The notes under the pieces were generated by a model. The model saw only the letters and a list, made by a program, of their open reading frames with translations, was not told the DNA's origin and made no database searches. Shown here in pieces: positions 60,619-64,000 of a stretch of 64,000 bases of DNA (its first letter is position 1; each line of letters begins with the position of its first letter). The position numbers were made by a program, and so were the translations under genes. Source of the stretch: Pseudogymnoascus verrucosus (lineage: Eukaryota); the NCBI GenBank assembly GCA_001662655.1, contig KV460245.1, one strand, 5' to 3'.

Positions 60619-63600
60619 ATGCCTCCTCAAACTACGGAATTCAAAGACGTAGATCAGTTAGATCAATATGCCTTCCCAGCGTTCGATTCCGATGCGCCAA
60701 GGCGACGCCGCCCATCCGAGAGCACGGTAGATGACGATGAATCTACGGATGAATATATCGATAAGAACAAGCTGCGTGTACATACGAGCTATGACAGAGG
60801 TCCTGAACGCCTCCATACCCGGGGGTGCTCCCCGATGTCACCGTTCGAGCAGAAGCAGTCTCAGCAGCTCGACGATGAGCTCGAGATGCTGAAGGCGGAG
60901 TCGACGGTCAACCAAGCGAACGAGGAAAGAGAAAGAGAAAGACACTCTGAGACCCTGTCGAGAACCAGATCCCTCGCCCGGACAAGGTCGAGGGTGAATA
61001 CCGAGCCGGCGGATGAATTTGATATCGGCACCACGCCCGTGTATGAGCAGACCAAGGTGTATCAGCCGCCCGCCAAACCGGCGACGCGGTTGGCGAAGAT
61101 GTTTATCAAAGTCCACCAATCGAGTTTCATCGTGCGGTATCTGTGCTATATCACGCCTGTGGCGCTGGTTATACTGATACCACTGCTCCTCGGGGCGTTC
61201 CTGTTCAAAGATGCGACTGTGGGAGACGTCAGGCTGATGTGGTTTTGTATTTGGCTTGAGATCTTCTGGCTTACGCTGTGGCTGGGCCGGATCATTGCCA
61301 AGTGCATCCCATACCCCGTGGGTCTCATCGCCACCATCTTCACCAACTCCGAGAAGGTGTGGCGAGACATGGCAAGGCAGCTTGAAGTCCCCATCGCGCT
61401 CTTCTTCTGGTGGCTCGCCGTGGAAGTCTCCTTCCTCCCAACGATGGTAAACCACCACTCTGACGGCGACAAGACCACTCGCGGCTGGGAGAAAACAATG
61501 AACAAAGTAATCATCTCGATCTTCGTCTGCGCCACGCTCAACTTCATCGAAAAGATAATCATCCAACTCATCGCCATCAGCTTCCACCTCCGCACCTACG
61601 CCGACCGCATCGAGATCAACAAATTCCAAACCAGCTCCCTCGTCAAGCTGTACGTCTACTCGCGCGAGAAAATCGCCATGAAGGACTCCGACTTCGAAGC
61701 CCCCTCCCCCACCGACGAATCCACCGGTCTCAAAACCCCCCTAAAATACATCAACAAGGCCGGCAAGGGCGTAAAACAGGGCTTCAACCGCGTCGGCAAC
61801 GTTGCGGGGAGAGTAGCGGGTGACTTTGCCGGGCGCGAAGTCGAATCAACTGCCCAGCCGCAGCAGGTCGTTAGTCAGCTCCTCAGCAGCACTTCGGGGA
61901 GCCAAGTGCTCGCGCGGCGCCTGCATCGCACGTTTGCGCCTGAGGGTGCGGAGACGGTGTCTGACGAGGACTTGGCGCCGGCGTTTGATAATAATGAGGA
62001 GGCGGATGCGGCGTTCGGGATGTTTGATAAGGATATGAATGGTGATATTAGTATGGAGGAGCTGGAGGCGGTGTGCGTGGAGATCGGGCGCGAGAGGAAG
62101 GCGATTACGGCGTCGTTGAAGGATCTGGATTCGGTGGTGGGGAAGCTGGATGATTTGTTTCTGTTTATTGTGGCGGTGATTACGATTCTGGTGTTTATCT
62201 CGCTGATCTCGACGAGCGCGGCGGGTGTGCTGACGAGTGCTGGGTCGGCGGTGTTGGCCTTGTCTTGGCTGTTCAGCGCGACGGCGCAGGAGGTGCTGCA
62301 GAGTATCATTTTCGTCTTCATTAAGCACCCCTTCGATGTCGGGGATCGTGTTACCATCTACGGAAACACGGGCGCGGCGGGGTTGGGTGATGATTACTTC
62401 GTCAAGGAGATAGCGCTCCTATTCACCGAGTTCAAGAAGATGGAAGGACACGTCGTGCAAGCTCCCAACAGCTACCTGAATACGCTATTCATCCTCAACC
62501 AGCGCCGCAGTGGTGGGCTCGCCGAGGCGGTCCCGGTGACGATGAAGTTCGGGACGACGATTGAGCAGTTGGAGGGGCTGAGGGTGGCTCTGATGGAGTT
62601 CGTGGCGACGGAGAATAGGGAGTATCAGAGCAATATTCTGACGGAGCTGAGGACGGTGTATGAGGCGTACAGCATTAGTATGAACGTTGTCTTCTTCTAT
62701 AAGAGTAACTGGCAGAATGAGTTGTTGCGTCTGCAGAGACGGAATAAATTCATTTGTGCCTTGATGGTTGCTATGCAAGGTTCGTCATAACCCCCTTTTC
62801 CTCACCTTTCCCCTTTATCACCCCACCCTTCCCCCCTTTCCCCTCCTCCTCCCATTTCTCTAAAATAAGAAGCACAACACTAACACCTCCCCAAGACCTC
62901 GGCATAGAAGGACCCCGCCGCACATGGGCCGGCCAAAACCCCGAAGCCCCCGTCTACATGTCCTCCCACAACACCTACACCCCCCCAACCGTCGAACACC
63001 CCTTCTCCCCCAGCTCCGGCCCCAGCTCCGGCCCAGGTCCAAGCCCCCACCCCCTCCGCTCCCCCACCAGCGCCTCTCAATCCCCCTCTCACCCCTCTAC
63101 GATCCCCGAGGTTCCGCCATCGAAACTGGGCAGCTATCCTTCGATTCTGAGGCAGAGGGGGAGTATGAGAGCTGGGAGCGCGAGGGTGCCGGGGGGAAGG
63201 AAGGAGAGTATGGGACAGATGAGTAAACGTGTTGATTTCTCGCTCGGGATGAGTGGGATTAGTAGCGGGGCGGATATGGGGGATATTTATGATAAGCCGA
63301 AGGTGCGCGTCCCTGTCTCGTTCAGGGAAGCTGAGGTGGAGGATGAGGAGGAGAAAGAAAGGGAGGGGGAGGGGAGAAAAAGTGGTGGGGGGGAGGGAGC
63401 GAGTCTGGGGAGGACGGGGAGTAGAGGGAGTGGGAGTGTGAGGAGTAGGAGTAAGAAGGGTGGATTGTTTGGACGCAAGAGTAAGGAGGAGGGGGCGCCG
63501 GGGGATTTGGAGGCGCAGGTTGGGGGCGGGAGTGGGGGAGTGCAGATGAGTGAGCTTGAGGGGCGGGGGGAGGGGCAGCATCTTGCGGGGATTCCGGAGG

Positions 63601-63734
63601 TGCCTGGTCGTGGGGAGAAGGTTGGGGGGGGGGAGAAGAGGGAGAAGGGGGGGGAGAAGAGGGAGAGGGGGAGGGCGGGGAGTAGAGAGGAGTTGATTGG
63701 GGAGGAGAGGGGGGAGGGTGAGAAGAGGCAGTGA
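60619..63734 (+). CDS. MscS-family mechanosensitive ion channel with EF-hand (Msy1/Msy2-like)
   Basis: TM segments, [19 protein letters not shown]-hand [45 protein letters not shown] and KSNWQNE...RRNKF. Intron 62780-62895 leads to the last exon. Confidence 0.92.
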
Positions 63735-64000
63735 GTGAGTGAGGGAGGGAGGGTGAGATGGGGGATGTGAATTGGTGAGGGATATTCAAGGGGGGTTGAG
63801 GGATTTAAGGAGTTGGGTTCGTGTAGGTTGGTTATTGAACCTGAACCTTAACCTGAACTTGAGAAACCTGGAAGGGCGGCTGCTCTGCTCATCGATGGGG
63901 GTCCGAAGTTGGGCCTCTAAACTGGATGATGGGATGGGTAGAGATGGGTGGTTATATAGAATGACACAATATAGATGGATAGATGGATAGATTTTATGAT

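Overview
Gene-dense, intron-containing DNA from a filamentous ascomycete; gene style suggests a Leotiomycete such as Pseudogymnoascus, which is an inference. I can support about 26 protein-coding genes. Housekeeping and conserved genes: TMA46, OST4, YRA1, RPL26, cystathionine gamma-lyase, an RSA1/NUFIP1-like gene, RPC25, HPM1, NOP12, DEP1, COA3, PTA1, a She3-like coiled-coil gene and an MscS channel. Other genes: a GH74-CBM1 xyloglucanase, three Zn2Cys6 regulators, an SDR, an alpha/beta hydrolase, an AT-hook/C2H2 protein and an uncharacterised protein with a 69-bp repeat. The most notable region is an accessory island at about 35.5-44.3 kb between HPM1 and NOP12. It holds a hemerythrin-domain gene, a frameshifted HET gene preceded by a perfect 25-bp-arm palindrome, an MDR oxidoreductase, a decayed 5' fragment resembling DUF3435 tyrosine-recombinase (Starship captain-type) genes, and a homocysteine S-methyltransferase bracketed by a 79-bp imperfect direct repeat. 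Other points of interest are the YRA1 902-nt intron with an early stop, a second branchpoint/acceptor and a downstream GC-AG intron; a hAT-like transposon end at the window start; and alternating C-rich/G-rich blocks written into coding sequence. Family assignments come from my recognition of motifs, not from database searches. Exon boundaries were read by eye.
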